Shown: positions 29,659-39,033 of the stretch, one piece after another
Numbering within the stretch: the stretch's first letter is position 1
How the letters are laid out: each line of letters begins with the position of its first letter
Source: Pseudomonadota bacterium
GTDB lineage: Archaea > Thermoplasmatota > SW-10-69-26 > JACQPN01 > JAJPHT01
Reading direction: 5' to 3'
DNA length: 64,000 nt
Assembly: GCA_021325135.1 (NCBI GenBank)
Contig: JAJPHT010000036.1
Span: 1 to 64,000 of the forward strand
The notes under the pieces: generated by a model
The model's input: only the letters and a program-made list of their open reading frames with translations
Database searches by the model: none
Told to the model about the DNA's origin: nothing
Position numbers and translations under genes: made by a program

Positions 29659-29859
29659 ATGCCCCGGCGTGCAACTGGGCCTGCCCACGGCAAGAAAATC
29701 GGAACCAGCGTGACCATTGACCCCGGCCTTTACCAATGGGTCATGGAGCACGTAGGGGCCGGCAAGCAGTTTTCGAGCCTCAGCCACGCCTGCGAGCGCG
29801 GCTTCGCCTTGCTTCGAGAACACGAGGAAGGCAAGTGGGCGCGGACGGACAAGAAGTGA
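29659..29859 (+). CDS. Ribbon-helix-helix DNA-binding protein
   Basis: KIGTSVTIDPGLYQWV...FSSLSHACERG; AT-rich promoter region upstream. Confidence 0.7.
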   Translation: MPRRATGPAHGKKIGTSVTIDPGLYQWVMEHVGAGKQFSSLSHACERGFALLREHEEGKWARTDKK

Positions 29860-30057
29860 CCCGAGCGGGTCGATGGCTGGGTCATTTTTGGAATGGCCGT
29901 CGCTTTTCAATGACGGGCCCTAATTTGGGAACAAAGCCGGGGTTCGGTAGTGTTGCGTATAGGGGGTACGGGGCCGGCTTCTTCGCCTTGTTGCGCCGGG
30001 GGGCATTCGCGAACACCTACCCCTTCGGGACCTTGATCGCGTTCGGTCCTACACGTG

Positions 30058-30345
30058 TCAGAGCTTGGAGACAGCCGCGATGCCGCCCGCGAGGCCCACG
30101 CTTGCGAAGACAACGATCTTCACCAAATCTAGGACCTTATCGGCTTCGACGGGGCCGGCTTTCCACAGAGCGAGTGCCCAGGCAGCAAGGAGGATGAATA
30201 GGAGCATGAGGAGGAGTCCGCTCGCCCGAGACCACCTTGCCCGTTCGAAATCCTCCTTGGTCATTACGGGTGGCGTCGGCGCCACGACCGGCACGGACTC
30301 GCCGGCCTCATCCTCTTCGAGCGGCGGGGTGGGCTGAGTGGTCAT
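30058..30345 (-). CDS. Small 2-TM membrane protein
   Basis: GLLLMLLFILLAAWALALW and IVVFASVGLAGGIAAV; ATGA overlap with upstream gene. Confidence 0.65.
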   Translation of the reverse strand: MTTQPTPPLEEDEAGESVPVVAPTPPVMTKEDFERARWSRASGLLLMLLFILLAAWALALWKAGPVEADKVLDLVKIVVFASVGLAGGIAAVSKL

Positions 30346-30683
30346 CTGAGGCGCACCCCACATTTGGTGCACTTACGCTGGTCCTTTGCAACGAAAGCGC
30401 CGCAGTTGGAACAATGCCATTGCTCCTCGCCCGATGGGCTGAGCGCTTTGTAGATGAGGTAGCCCAGGGCCGCGCCGCCTAGGACAGCCAGGAACTTGTC
30501 AAGTCCAGATGGCTCTTGCTTAGGCGGTTCGGCTGCGGGCGCGTGACCATACACGGCTCCCCCTGGAAGGTATGTTCGGGGAACTGTCACGAGATTGCGG
30601 CAGTTCGGACAACTGACCACCTGACCAGGCAGCGAGATGGTCTCGAACTGGTGAGCGCACGCGGGGCAATGTATCCAGTTCAT
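30342..30683 (-). CDS. Double zinc-ribbon protein with central TM
   Basis: CPAC..CPNC, TM FLAVLGGAALGYLIY, CSNC..CTKC. Confidence 0.7.
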   Translation of the reverse strand: MNWIHCPACAHQFETISLPGQVVSCPNCRNLVTVPRTYLPGGAVYGHAPAAEPPKQEPSGLDKFLAVLGGAALGYLIYKALSPSGEEQWHCSNCGAFVAKDQRKCTKCGVRLR

Positions 30684-30687
30684 ACAT

Positions 30688-30864
30688 TCACCCTTCAAAG
30701 GCCCCGTGCCCGTCGGGGCACCAGTAGAGCGGCGTCGTCTTCCAGTTGCCGCCGGCTCCTTCGCGGTAGTAGAGGCGGGGGCAGGGGCGGTCGCACTTGG
30801 GGCAGCGGGGGCGGGGGCCGCTTGCGACGGCGCCGCCTCCCGCCGCCTTGGGCTTGGCGGGCAT
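30688..30864 (-). CDS. Small zinc-finger protein
   Basis: MPAKPK...CPKCDRPC...WCPDGH. Confidence 0.55.
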   Translation of the reverse strand: MPAKPKAAGGGAVASGPRPRCPKCDRPCPRLYYREGAGGNWKTTPLYWCPDGHGAFEG

Positions 30865-30911
30865 CTTGGGCGACCGTATACGCTTGGCCCTCGGGATAAG
30901 GGTGCCGGGCG

Positions 30912-31262
30912 TCACGCGGGCTCCTCGCGGTGGCTTGCCCGTACAAGAGCGGCCCAGCGGGGCTCGCCTTCGTGGCGGGCCACACCTAGGCCCGCGGCCT
31001 CTGCGGGCGTCTTCCCGCCCAGCGCCTTGTGGGGACGCGCATGGTTGTAGTAGACGGCATGCCCACGGGCCACGATCCCGTCGGTCTTCTTGACGCCGCG
31101 AATGGTCTTCTGGCGCTCGCGCGTCGTGTTGTTCAATCGCTCCACGAGGTTGTTGTTCGCCCGCGCGTTCGTCAGGTGAATTTCGGCAATGTGGTGGGCT
31201 CCGCGAAGCTCTCTCTTCGCGGCTTCCTTGTAGCCGGAGAGGTCGTCGCCCATGATGGTGGC
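30912..31262 (-). pseudogene. C-terminal fragment of IS6-like/integrase-core DDE transposase
   Basis: IMGDDLSGY, NNNLVERLNNTTRER, YYNHARPHKALGGKTPAEAAG; N-terminal half missing. Confidence 0.8.
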
Positions 31263-31337
31263 GGGGTAGTGTTGTAGGTAGGGGGTAGGGGAGCGACTTC
31301 TTCGCTCCGCTGCGGCGGGGGGCATGAGAGGTGGCCA

Positions 31338-31793
31338 CTAAGCGTCGGCCACGTGCTTGGCGGGCTTCCCTATGACAGGATAGACGTGGAGTTCGTAGCG
31401 TTGGACCCGCTCCCGGGCGATGTCCTCTGGAATCCAACAGCCGTCGCTGATTGTGATTTCGACTCGGGCTCCGCTCTCGACGTGGTAGTCGGAATAGGGG
31501 AAATCGTAAGTTCCCATCGGGTCGGCCGCCGGTTGCAGCGTCGTTTCCTCACCCTCCTTGTAGCGGATTCGAAGCGAGATCGCACGTATTCCCGTCGAGT
31601 GGCCGCCCTCATTGATGACAGAGACGGAAAAATCGCCGTTCTCTGTCCAACCGAAGCTCTCGATCGCAAGAGCGGCGCGGTCACGCTGGCGTTCGATGCG
31701 CCACAGGGCACCCGTGAAGACCGCGACGAGGATAGCCGAGAGTGCTTGGAGCAAGTCCCCTGCGTGGGCTGCAAGGAAATCGAGGAATGTCAC
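31338..31793 (-). CDS. Hypothetical protein with N-terminal membrane anchor
   Basis: LQALSAILVAVFTGALW followed by beta-rich domain. Confidence 0.65.
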   Translation of the reverse strand: MTFLDFLAAHAGDLLQALSAILVAVFTGALWRIERQRDRAALAIESFGWTENGDFSVSVINEGGHSTGIRAISLRIRYKEGEETTLQPAADPMGTYDFPYSDYHVESGARVEITISDGCWIPEDIARERVQRYELHVYPVIGKPAKHVADA

Positions 31794-31823
31794 ATGGGCC
31801 GAGCGGCGGGTCTGAGAATGAAT

Positions 31824-31994
31824 TCACTTCTTCTCGATGGTCCACTTGACCTTGTGGAGGGTGACAGTCTTGCCACTGACCTCAAAGGCAACGTGGTCGC
31901 CCTGCTCCACATCCAGGGCCTTCAGGGCCTGGGGCGGGGTCGTTCCCACCTCGGCAATCCCCCATCGCACCCCAACGACCAGCAACACCCGCAT
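31824..31994 (-). pseudogene. AbrB/MazE-like DNA-binding gene, probably 5'-truncated, at island edge
   Basis: Hand translation: ...TTPPQALKALDVEQGDHVAFEVSGKTVTLHKVKWTIEKK*. Confidence 0.55.
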
Positions 31995-32039
31995 TGCCAG
32001 AGGTTAACACGGCTTCCCGCGCTGATCGTTGCGGTTACC

Positions 32040-32792
32040 ATGATCCGGACCCTCATCGTGAACGGCTTCGTCGCCGCCCTTGCGCTGACCCAGGTGGGCT
32101 TCGCGACGGCGGACAACACCTGCGCGCACAACAACGACCACGTCTACGAGCTTGCGACCTCCAACACGGTCCACAGCGACCTGTACCAGGGCCTGTTTGG
32201 CTTCCTCTCCAACACGGACAACGGCCTGACGGGGAAGTCGGAGGGGATCCGGCAGGACTTTTCGGTGCGCGTGTACACGTCGGCGCGGGACTGCGGCAGC
32301 GGAACGGACACGGACTTCACGGGTGAGTACGACACCGGCATCGGCGGCGGCTTCTTCGGCGCCACGGACGTGTACGACCCCGACTGCGGCTACGATCTCG
32401 CGGTCCACGCCTCGACGGGCATGGTCACCGACCCGTTCGCCGCCCTCGTCGACTCGTCGCCCCGCGGCGCCTACGGCGTGGACGACGTCGAGGGGCCCAC
32501 GCCGCTGCCCAACGGCGAGACGGTGCCGCAGGGCCTGGTGTCGGACGGGGCCCCCTACGCAGGGAACGGCTGCGTCACGGATGGGACCATCACGCCGGAG
32601 ACCGACCCCTACGACTGCCTCAACGACTTCACCCCCTACGGAGTCGGGCAGTCCACCTGGGAGCCCGGCCCCTGCCTGAGCTTCGGCGGCGACGGGGGCT
32701 ACTGGCTCTTCGTCGACTCGCGCATCGCCATGGACGGCCTGTCGATCCAGGACAACCCGGCGGCGCAGGGGCATCTCATCGCGGACGCCTAG
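32040..32792 (+). CDS. Secreted acidic hypothetical protein
   Basis: Signal peptide MIRTLIVNGFVAALALTQVGFATA; Asp/Gly/Cys-rich; host-like codon usage. Confidence 0.75.
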   Translation: MIRTLIVNGFVAALALTQVGFATADNTCAHNNDHVYELATSNTVHSDLYQGLFGFLSNTDNGLTGKSEGIRQDFSVRVYTSARDCGSGTDTDFTGEYDTGIGGGFFGATDVYDPDCGYDLAVHASTGMVTDPFAALVDSSPRGAYGVDDVEGPTPLPNGETVPQGLVSDGAPYAGNGCVTDGTITPETDPYDCLNDFTPYGVGQSTWEPGPCLSFGGDGGYWLFVDSRIAMDGLSIQDNPAAQGHLIADA

Positions 32793-33037
32793 CGCGGCGC
32801 GGCGTCGGCCGGCGCCTCGGGCTCGCCCGGCCCCGCGATGAGCGTCGTGATGCGCCCGTCGCGGTCGGCCACGGCCCAGAGGATGCGCCCGTGGGAGACG
32901 CCCAGGGGCATCCAGTGGCCCTCGCGGGCGCCGCCCACCTGCACCGAGGCGTCCGCGCCCACCATGGCGAGGGAGCGCGCGAGGCGGGCGACGAGGTCCT
33001 GGAGGGAGGCGTCTTCGAGCGGGGCGGGGCCGCGCAT
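32789..33037 (-). CDS. Hypothetical protein
   Basis: 82-aa ORF with host-like codon usage. Confidence 0.45.
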   Translation of the reverse strand: MRGPAPLEDASLQDLVARLARSLAMVGADASVQVGGAREGHWMPLGVSHGRILWAVADRDGRITTLIAGPGEPEAPADAAPR

Positions 33038-33253
33038 GCCCCTTCCTGGGGCCCGGAAGGGCTTAGGGGCGCGCTCGCCCGGCGCGGCGGGCCCCTGGCG
33101 CTTCTGCCCGTCACATCCGGGCGGGCAGAAGCCCGTCGTGCGTCCGGGGCGCGCCCGATCCATTGCCCGCGTGTGACGAGGCGCGCAGATATCTTCCCGC
33201 AGGTGGGTCCCAGATGCATGATCCCCCGCGGCCTCCCCTTCTTCGCCGTCGAG

Positions 33254-33505
33254 ATGGTCACCCCCGACGCGGGCTCCCGGCCCAGGGGTCCCCTTCTCGC
33301 GCGGCTCCTGGAGGCCTCCCGCGACGCGGACGCCGCTGAGGCGGCCCTGGCCGAGGCGCGGGCGCGCTACGGGCGCGAGCCCTCCCCCGCGGGCCTGGAG
33401 AAGATCCGCGAGGCGTCCCTGGACGCCCTCCAGAAGGAGCTTCGCTTCGAGGCCATCTGGAAGGGCGCGGCCCAGGACCTCCTGGCCGGCGAGCGCGAGG
33501 GCTGA
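33254..33505 (+). CDS. Small helical hypothetical protein
   Basis: LLARLLEASRDADAAEAAL...; host-like codon usage. Confidence 0.5.
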   Translation: MVTPDAGSRPRGPLLARLLEASRDADAAEAALAEARARYGREPSPAGLEKIREASLDALQKELRFEAIWKGAAQDLLAGEREG

Positions 33506-33510
33506 GCGCC

Positions 33511-34329
33511 CTACTCGGCGGCGCCCAGGACGCGGCGCGCCTTGGCCCACGTCTGGTCGAAGAAGAGCGCCTCGGCCTGGACGAAGCCGGGGGCCGTGGT
33601 GTGGATGGCCACCTCGTCGCGGGCGTGGAGCGACTCGGAGGGGTCGTTGACGACCCACATGAGCAGCTCGCCGCCGTCGACGATGAGGAACTGGATGGTG
33701 CTCTCCAGCGCGGGCGCGCGGACGCTCGCCCTGGCCGCGGCGCGGAACGCGTCCAGCTTGGCCCAGCCCGCGTCCGTGGCGCGCACGAGCATGCGCAGCG
33801 CCACGTCGTCGTCGCGGCAGCGGCGCAGGAGAAGGTCGAGGCCGCCCGAGCGGTCGCTCAGGACCACGCTGGGGGGGAACGTCGTGGCCCAGTCGATGCT
33901 CCCCTTCGCGCCCTCGATGAGCCGGTCGCGCAGCGCGTAGATCTCCTCGCGCCCCTGCACGACCTTGTACGTGCTCTTCATGGGCGCGTCGGCGGTGACG
34001 TGCAGCTGCGTGAGCAGCGGGAACACGCTGTCGCGGGCGAGGCGCAGCTCGTCCACCGAGGCCAGCCGGGAGGTGATCTCCGAGTCGAAGACCATCTTGG
34101 GGTTGACCGCCGCGTACCGCGCGGGCCTCTCCAGAGTCAATTCCACGAGGCCGCGGGAGAGGAGGCGCGTGGCGTTGCGGTAGACCTCGTTGCGGTGCAG
34201 CTTGAGGGCCGCGGCGAGGTCGCCCGCCTTGGCGGGACCGGCGAGGCAGAGGTGGACGTAGATGGCCGCCTCGCCCTCCTTGAGGTCGAGGGCGCGGCTG
34301 ACGGTCTCGATGGCATCGTGGACTCGCAT
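33511..34329 (-). CDS. TrmB-family transcriptional regulator
   Basis: EAAIYVHLCLAGP..HRNEVYR..LLSRGLV..RPARYAAV; C-terminal FLIVDG. Confidence 0.88.
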   Translation of the reverse strand: MRVHDAIETVSRALDLKEGEAAIYVHLCLAGPAKAGDLAAALKLHRNEVYRNATRLLSRGLVELTLERPARYAAVNPKMVFDSEITSRLASVDELRLARDSVFPLLTQLHVTADAPMKSTYKVVQGREEIYALRDRLIEGAKGSIDWATTFPPSVVLSDRSGGLDLLLRRCRDDDVALRMLVRATDAGWAKLDAFRAAARASVRAPALESTIQFLIVDGGELLMWVVNDPSESLHARDEVAIHTTAPGFVQAEALFFDQTWAKARRVLGAAE

Positions 34330-34563
34330 GGAGGCCGTCACTTGTTCACCACGCGGCGGCGCCGCGCCCGCTCCATCCCCGCGGGCGGGGATATGCCGTT
34401 GCCTCCCCGGGGGCGGCGGAGGGCGTGTTGTTCGCCGCGGGCGGGCAATCCGGGCCCCCTGCCCGCCACACCCGGGCAAGCGCGCCGCCCGGCGGCCGTT
34501 CCGCGCAAGCCGATATGCCCGCCCGGCCGGCTCTCAGGGGTCGGACCTCAAGGAGGTCATGCG

Positions 34564-35010
34564 ATGTCGAAGATGATCCACGCCCTGAACCGGAACGACC
34601 GCGCGATCTCGCCCGTCATCGGCACCATCCTCATGGTGGCCGCGACGGTCATCATCGCCGGCGCCGTCTACGCCGCCGTGAACGCCTACAGCGGGAAGAG
34701 CGCCAAGACGCCCACCGAGGCGAGCTGGAAGGCCCAGACCATCGACTCCAATGGCGACGGGCTGGACGACACCATCAAGGTGACCTACCTGGCGGGCCCC
34801 GACGGAGCCTCGAACATCGGCTTCTCCTTGAAGCAGTCCAACGGCACGGCGCTCCCGGCCGGCGGCCTGCACTCGGGCACCTGGAGCCCCGGCGACTACG
34901 AGACGTACAAGCTCCAGTACGGCGCGCCCTCGGGAGCCGTCGCCGTGTACATCACCATCTCCCAGGCCGGCAACACCGTCCTGGACCAGACCCTTACGCT
35001 GCGCCAGTGA
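34564..35010 (+). CDS. Archaeal type IV pilin (probable major pilin)
   Basis: Class III signal NDRA/ISPVIGTILMVAATV. Confidence 0.9.
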   Translation: MSKMIHALNRNDRAISPVIGTILMVAATVIIAGAVYAAVNAYSGKSAKTPTEASWKAQTIDSNGDGLDDTIKVTYLAGPDGASNIGFSLKQSNGTALPAGGLHSGTWSPGDYETYKLQYGAPSGAVAVYITISQAGNTVLDQTLTLRQ

Positions 35011-35046
35011 GGCCGTGAACCGTCGTCCGACAAGGAAGCTGACCCC

Positions 35047-37062
35047 ATGCCTTCGATCGTCCCTGTGCTTGAGTTCGTCCATGCCTTGAACTCCGCTGGC
35101 GTCGCGGCGGACTACGCGACCACCGTCGCGAACCCCACGGAGCAGTGGAACAAGCTGCCCGTGGAGCGGCGCGAGGCCTTCCTCGTCGAGCACGGCGCCG
35201 AAGGCACGGCCCAGTGGGTCTCCAGCGTGAGCGCCGTCAAGCGGCGCGGGCGCGCGGCCGACGTGGAGAACGTGTTCATCATGATCGAGTTCTCCAACGG
35301 CCGCAAGCTCTCGGGCTCGGCGCGCCGCGCGGGCGCCCGCATGCTCTACAGCGCGTTCACGCCCGCCGCCCCCGTCGACGGGGCCGAGGAGCTTCTCCTC
35401 GCCATGGACTCCGGCGGCGAGGGGGGCCGGCTGCGCGTGCTCCACGTCCTCGACGCGGCGTGGGGCGGCGAGCCCTACGACGTGGCGCACGACGGCGAGA
35501 TCACGCGCTACGACGCGCCCGCCGGCTACCGCGAGAAGGAGCGCTACTGGCTGGAGGAGCCCTTCTCCATGGCCGTCATCCTGGAGGGCGAGGACCACGA
35601 GCTTCTCTACCACGTCCAGGAGCCGCAGCTCACGGGCCTGGAGGAGGCGCTCCTCTCGACGTTGAACGACCGGCTGCGCGACGTGCTCATCCTCCAGGAG
35701 GAGGGCGACGCGGGCCGCGCCGAGTTCCTGCTCGCCAAGGTCTTCCAGCTCCTGGGCATGTACCGCCTCAAGACGGACCGCCGCACGGCCTACAAGCTGG
35801 GCTACGTGTTCCTGCGCAACTACCTGGGCCTGGGCCGCCTGGAGCCCATCATGCACGACGTCCACGTGGAGGACATCTCGTGCAACGGGCCCAACCTGCC
35901 CGTCTTCGTCGCGCACAACGCGCACCAGTCGATGCGCACCAACATCGCGTTCGACGAGATGGAGCTCAACACCTTCACCGTGAAGCTCGCGCAGCGCGGC
36001 GGGAAGCTCCTCTCCATCGCGCAGCCCCTGGTCGACGCGTCGCTGCCCGGCGGCTCGCGCATCCAGGCCGTGCTGGGCCACGAGATCACCTCGCGCGGCA
36101 GCGCCTTCACCATCCGCAAGTTCCGCGAGGACCCGCTCACCGCGGTCGACCTCGTGAAGAACGGCACGCACTCCCTGGACACCATGGCGATGCTCTGGCT
36201 CGCGGTGGAGATGCGCCGCAGCATCCTCGTCATGGGCGCCACCGCGTCGGGCAAGACCACGACGCTGAACGCGCTCTCGCAGTTCGTCCCGCCGGCCCTC
36301 AAGATCGTCAGCATCGAGGACACGCGCGAGATCACGCTGAAGCACGACAACTGGCTCGCGGCCCTGACGCGCGAGTCGTTCACGGGCAGCGCGACCGACC
36401 GCGTCTCCATGTTCGACCTGCTGCGCGCCGCGCTGCGCCAGAGGCCCGACTACCTCATCGTGGGCGAGATCCGCGGCGTGGAGGGCCTCACCCTCTTCCA
36501 GGCCATGAGCACCGGCCACACCTGCTTCAGCACGATGCACGCGGGCAGCGTGGAGAACGCCGTCTACCGCCTGGAGAACGCCCCCATCAACGTGCCCCGC
36601 GTCATGCTCACCTCCCTGGACTTCCTCGTGGTCCAGGGGCAGGTCAACCACGAGGGGCACCCCGCGCGCCGCATGCTCTCGTTGACCGAGATCAACGGCA
36701 TCGACCCCCAGAGCCGCAACCTGCGCGTGAACGACCTGTTCCACTGGGACGCGGCCAAGGACCACCACGACGCCGTGGCCGAGAGCGCCGTCTTCGAGCG
36801 CGCCCGCAGCAAGGGCGGCTGGAGCCGCGCGCGCCTGGACGAGGAGTTCTCGGCGCGCCGCCGCGTGCTGGACCGCCTCGTCAACCGCAACGAGCGCCAC
36901 TACCACGACGTGGCCAAGGCCGTCAGGCAGTTCTACGCGGACCGCTCCGAGCCCTCCGACTGGGTGCCCGGCCCCGTCTTCCCCGCCGTCGAAGGCGAGG
37001 CGTTCCCCGCGAAGCCCCTCGACGAGCCCGCGCAGGCCCGCCGCGCCAAGAGCAACCGCTGA
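35047..37062 (+). CDS. Type IV pilus assembly ATPase (PilB/ArlI family)
   Basis: EDISCNG, GATASGKTT, SIEDTRE, LRQRPDYLIVGEIRG, TGH..STMHA. Confidence 0.95.
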   Translation: MPSIVPVLEFVHALNSAGVAADYATTVANPTEQWNKLPVERREAFLVEHGAEGTAQWVSSVSAVKRRGRAADVENVFIMIEFSNGRKLSGSARRAGARMLYSAFTPAAPVDGAEELLLAMDSGGEGGRLRVLHVLDAAWGGEPYDVAHDGEITRYDAPAGYREKERYWLEEPFSMAVILEGEDHELLYHVQEPQLTGLEEALLSTLNDRLRDVLILQEEGDAGRAEFLLAKVFQLLGMYRLKTDRRTAYKLGYVFLRNYLGLGRLEPIMHDVHVEDISCNGPNLPVFVAHNAHQSMRTNIAFDEMELNTFTVKLAQRGGKLLSIAQPLVDASLPGGSRIQAVLGHEITSRGSAFTIRKFREDPLTAVDLVKNGTHSLDTMAMLWLAVEMRRSILVMGATASGKTTTLNALSQFVPPALKIVSIEDTREITLKHDNWLAALTRESFTGSATDRVSMFDLLRAALRQRPDYLIVGEIRGVEGLTLFQAMSTGHTCFSTMHAGSVENAVYRLENAPINVPRVMLTSLDFLVVQGQVNHEGHPARRMLSLTEINGIDPQSRNLRVNDLFHWDAAKDHHDAVAESAVFERARSKGGWSRARLDEEFSARRRVLDRLVNRNERHYHDVAKAVRQFYADRSEPSDWVPGPVFPAVEGEAFPAKPLDEPAQARRAKSNR

Positions 37063-37071
37063 GTGATCCCC

Positions 37072-39033
37072 ATGGCCGTCACCTTCCGCCGATTCAGCTC
37101 CCTCTGGTTCCGCGCGCTCGAGCCCGTGGTCTCGACGGCGCAGAGCAACGCCGCCACCGCCAAGGCGCTGCGCGCGGCGCGCATCGGGATGTTCCCCGAG
37201 TGGTACATGGCGCTCTCCTACCTCGCGTCCACCGCGACCGCCCTCGTCCTGGGCGCCGCGATGTGGGCCGCCCTCGCCGCGACGCGGGCGCTCGCCGGCT
37301 TCCCGCTGGGGCGGCCCCTCCTGGCCGTCATGGTCGCGGCGTTCGCGTTCCTCTGCATGCGCCTCGGCTTCCTCGCGTACCCGCGCCTCACGGCGGCGGG
37401 CCGCGCGCGGCGCATCGACGCGGAGATGCCGTCCGTTGTGACGCTCTGCTACGCCCTCGCGCAGGGCAACGTCGCGCCCCTGGAGATCATCCGCGCCGTC
37501 GCCTCCGAGCGCAACGCCTACGGCGAGGCCGCCGTGGAGTTCGGCGTCGTCATCCGCAACGTGGAGTGGCTGGGCCTGGACCTCGTCTCCGCGCTGAAGG
37601 AGACGGCGGCGACCTCGCCCAGCGCGCGGCTGCGCTCCTTCTTCGACGGCCTCGTGACCATGCTAAACTCGGGCGCCGACGCGAAGGACTACTTCATGCA
37701 CCAGGCGAAGACGGAGCTCAACGAGGCCGACATGGCCTTGGAGAAGGACCTGGAGCAGGCCTCGATGCTGGCCGAGATCTACGTGAGCGGCCTGCTCGTG
37801 CTGCCCCTCCTCCTCATGGTCGTCATCAGCGGCCTGGCCCCCCTCGCGGCGGGCCAGACGGCGCTCATCCCGTTCATCGTGTTCGCCTTCATCCCGCTGG
37901 GCACCATCGTCTACCTCATCCTCGTGGAGACGCTGCTGCCCCCCGTGAGCCTGGAGGTGCCCGACCTCGACGCGCAGCGCCTCGCCGACTTCGGCCTCGC
38001 CAGCGTGCCCGCGCAGACGCGCCTGCTGCCGCCCCCGTGGGAGACCAGCTGGCCCGCCAACGTCCCCGAGGGCGAGGGCAAGGAGGCCGCCCGCGAGGCG
38101 CGCCGCCTGCGCCGCGAGATCATGGTCCAACGTTTCCGCCAGCGCATGGTGGCGTCGTGGCGCCGCTTCACGGGCCGCATGCTCGCGCACCCCACCGACG
38201 CGCTCCAGTTCTCGGGCCTCGTGGGCGCGGCCGTCATCATCGGCGGCGGCGCCGTCGCGTGGATCAACGGCCTGCGCGGCAACGACCTCGCCCTCGTGGG
38301 CACGGGCGTCCTCGTGGCGGGCGCCATCTGCGCCGCCATCCCCGTGAGCGTCTTCCACGAGATCCGCGTGCGCCGCGCGCGCCGCGTCGAGGAGACGATC
38401 CCCGACAACCTCACCAAGCTCGCCGGCTTCAACGAGCGCGGCATCGGCCTTCTCCAGTCCTTCGAGATCCTGGGCCGCTCCGCGACGGGCCCCCTCGCCG
38501 CGGAGTTCCGCGCCGTGGAGCGCGACGTCTCGTGGAACGGCAACCTCGTGAGCGCCCTGCGGCGAATGCGGCAGCGCGTCAACGCGCTGGCCATGTCCAA
38601 GGTGGGCATCCTCATGGAGCGCGCCTCCGCCGCCACGGGCAACCTCCGCGAGGTGCTGGACATCGCGGCGACGGACGCGACGAAGCGCGAGAGCCTCCGC
38701 GGCACGCGCCGCCAGGCGATGCTCAGCTACGTCGTCGTGATCTACATCGTCTTCGCGGTGTTCCTCTACGTGCTCTACATGGTCGCCAACCTCTTCTACG
38801 GCCCCGCCGGCCTTGGCGCCGCGGCGGCCTCGACGACGGGCGGCGGCCTCTCGCAAGGGCTCCAGGCGCAAACGGCGCGCGTGCTCTTCGCGCAGGCCGC
38901 CGTGATGCAGGGGATCTGCTGCGGCATGGTCGCGGGCCGCCTGGGCGAGGGCTACGTCCTCTCGGGCCTCAAGCACGCGGCCATCCTGGGCGCCAGCGCC
39001 TACGCCGTCTTCCTCCTGGGGGTCCTCGCGTGA
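37072..39033 (+). CDS. Type IV pilus membrane platform protein (PilC/ArlJ, two T2SS-F domains)
   Basis: RIDAEMP, TSPSARLRSFFDGL, SGLKHA; multiple TMs. Confidence 0.92.
   Translation: MAVTFRRFSSLWFRALEPVVSTAQSNAATAKALRAARIGMFPEWYMALSYLASTATALVLGAAMWAALAATRALAGFPLGRPLLAVMVAAFAFLCMRLGFLAYPRLTAAGRARRIDAEMPSVVTLCYALAQGNVAPLEIIRAVASERNAYGEAAVEFGVVIRNVEWLGLDLVSALKETAATSPSARLRSFFDGLVTMLNSGADAKDYFMHQAKTELNEADMALEKDLEQASMLAEIYVSGLLVLPLLLMVVISGLAPLAAGQTALIPFIVFAFIPLGTIVYLILVETLLPPVSLEVPDLDAQRLADFGLASVPAQTRLLPPPWETSWPANVPEGEGKEAAREARRLRREIMVQRFRQRMVASWRRFTGRMLAHPTDALQFSGLVGAAVIIGGGAVAWINGLRGNDLALVGTGVLVAGAICAAIPVSVFHEIRVRRARRVEETIPDNLTKLAGFNERGIGLLQSFEILGRSATGPLAAEFRAVERDVSWNGNLVSALRRMRQRVNALAMSKVGILMERASAATGNLREVLDIAATDATKRESLRGTRRQAMLSYVVVIYIVFAVFLYVLYMVANLFYGPAGLGAAAASTTGGGLSQGLQAQTARVLFAQAAVMQGICCGMVAGRLGEGYVLSGLKHAAILGASAYAVFLLGVLA

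Larger units (their letters stand above)
14900..31950. mobile_element. Lower-GC accessory/defence island (boundaries approximate, no integrase seen)
   Basis: Abrupt rise in A/T-ending codons versus flanks; two transposase genes; small Zn-finger/RHH/AbrB genes; nuclease-motif genes. Confidence 0.75.

Noticed and set aside
35145-39029. N-terminal 1295 aa of the 2091-aa ORF
   Set aside because: Arg/Pro/Gly-rich shadow frame over pilB/pilC; the real gene starts at GTG 39030 with a pilin signal
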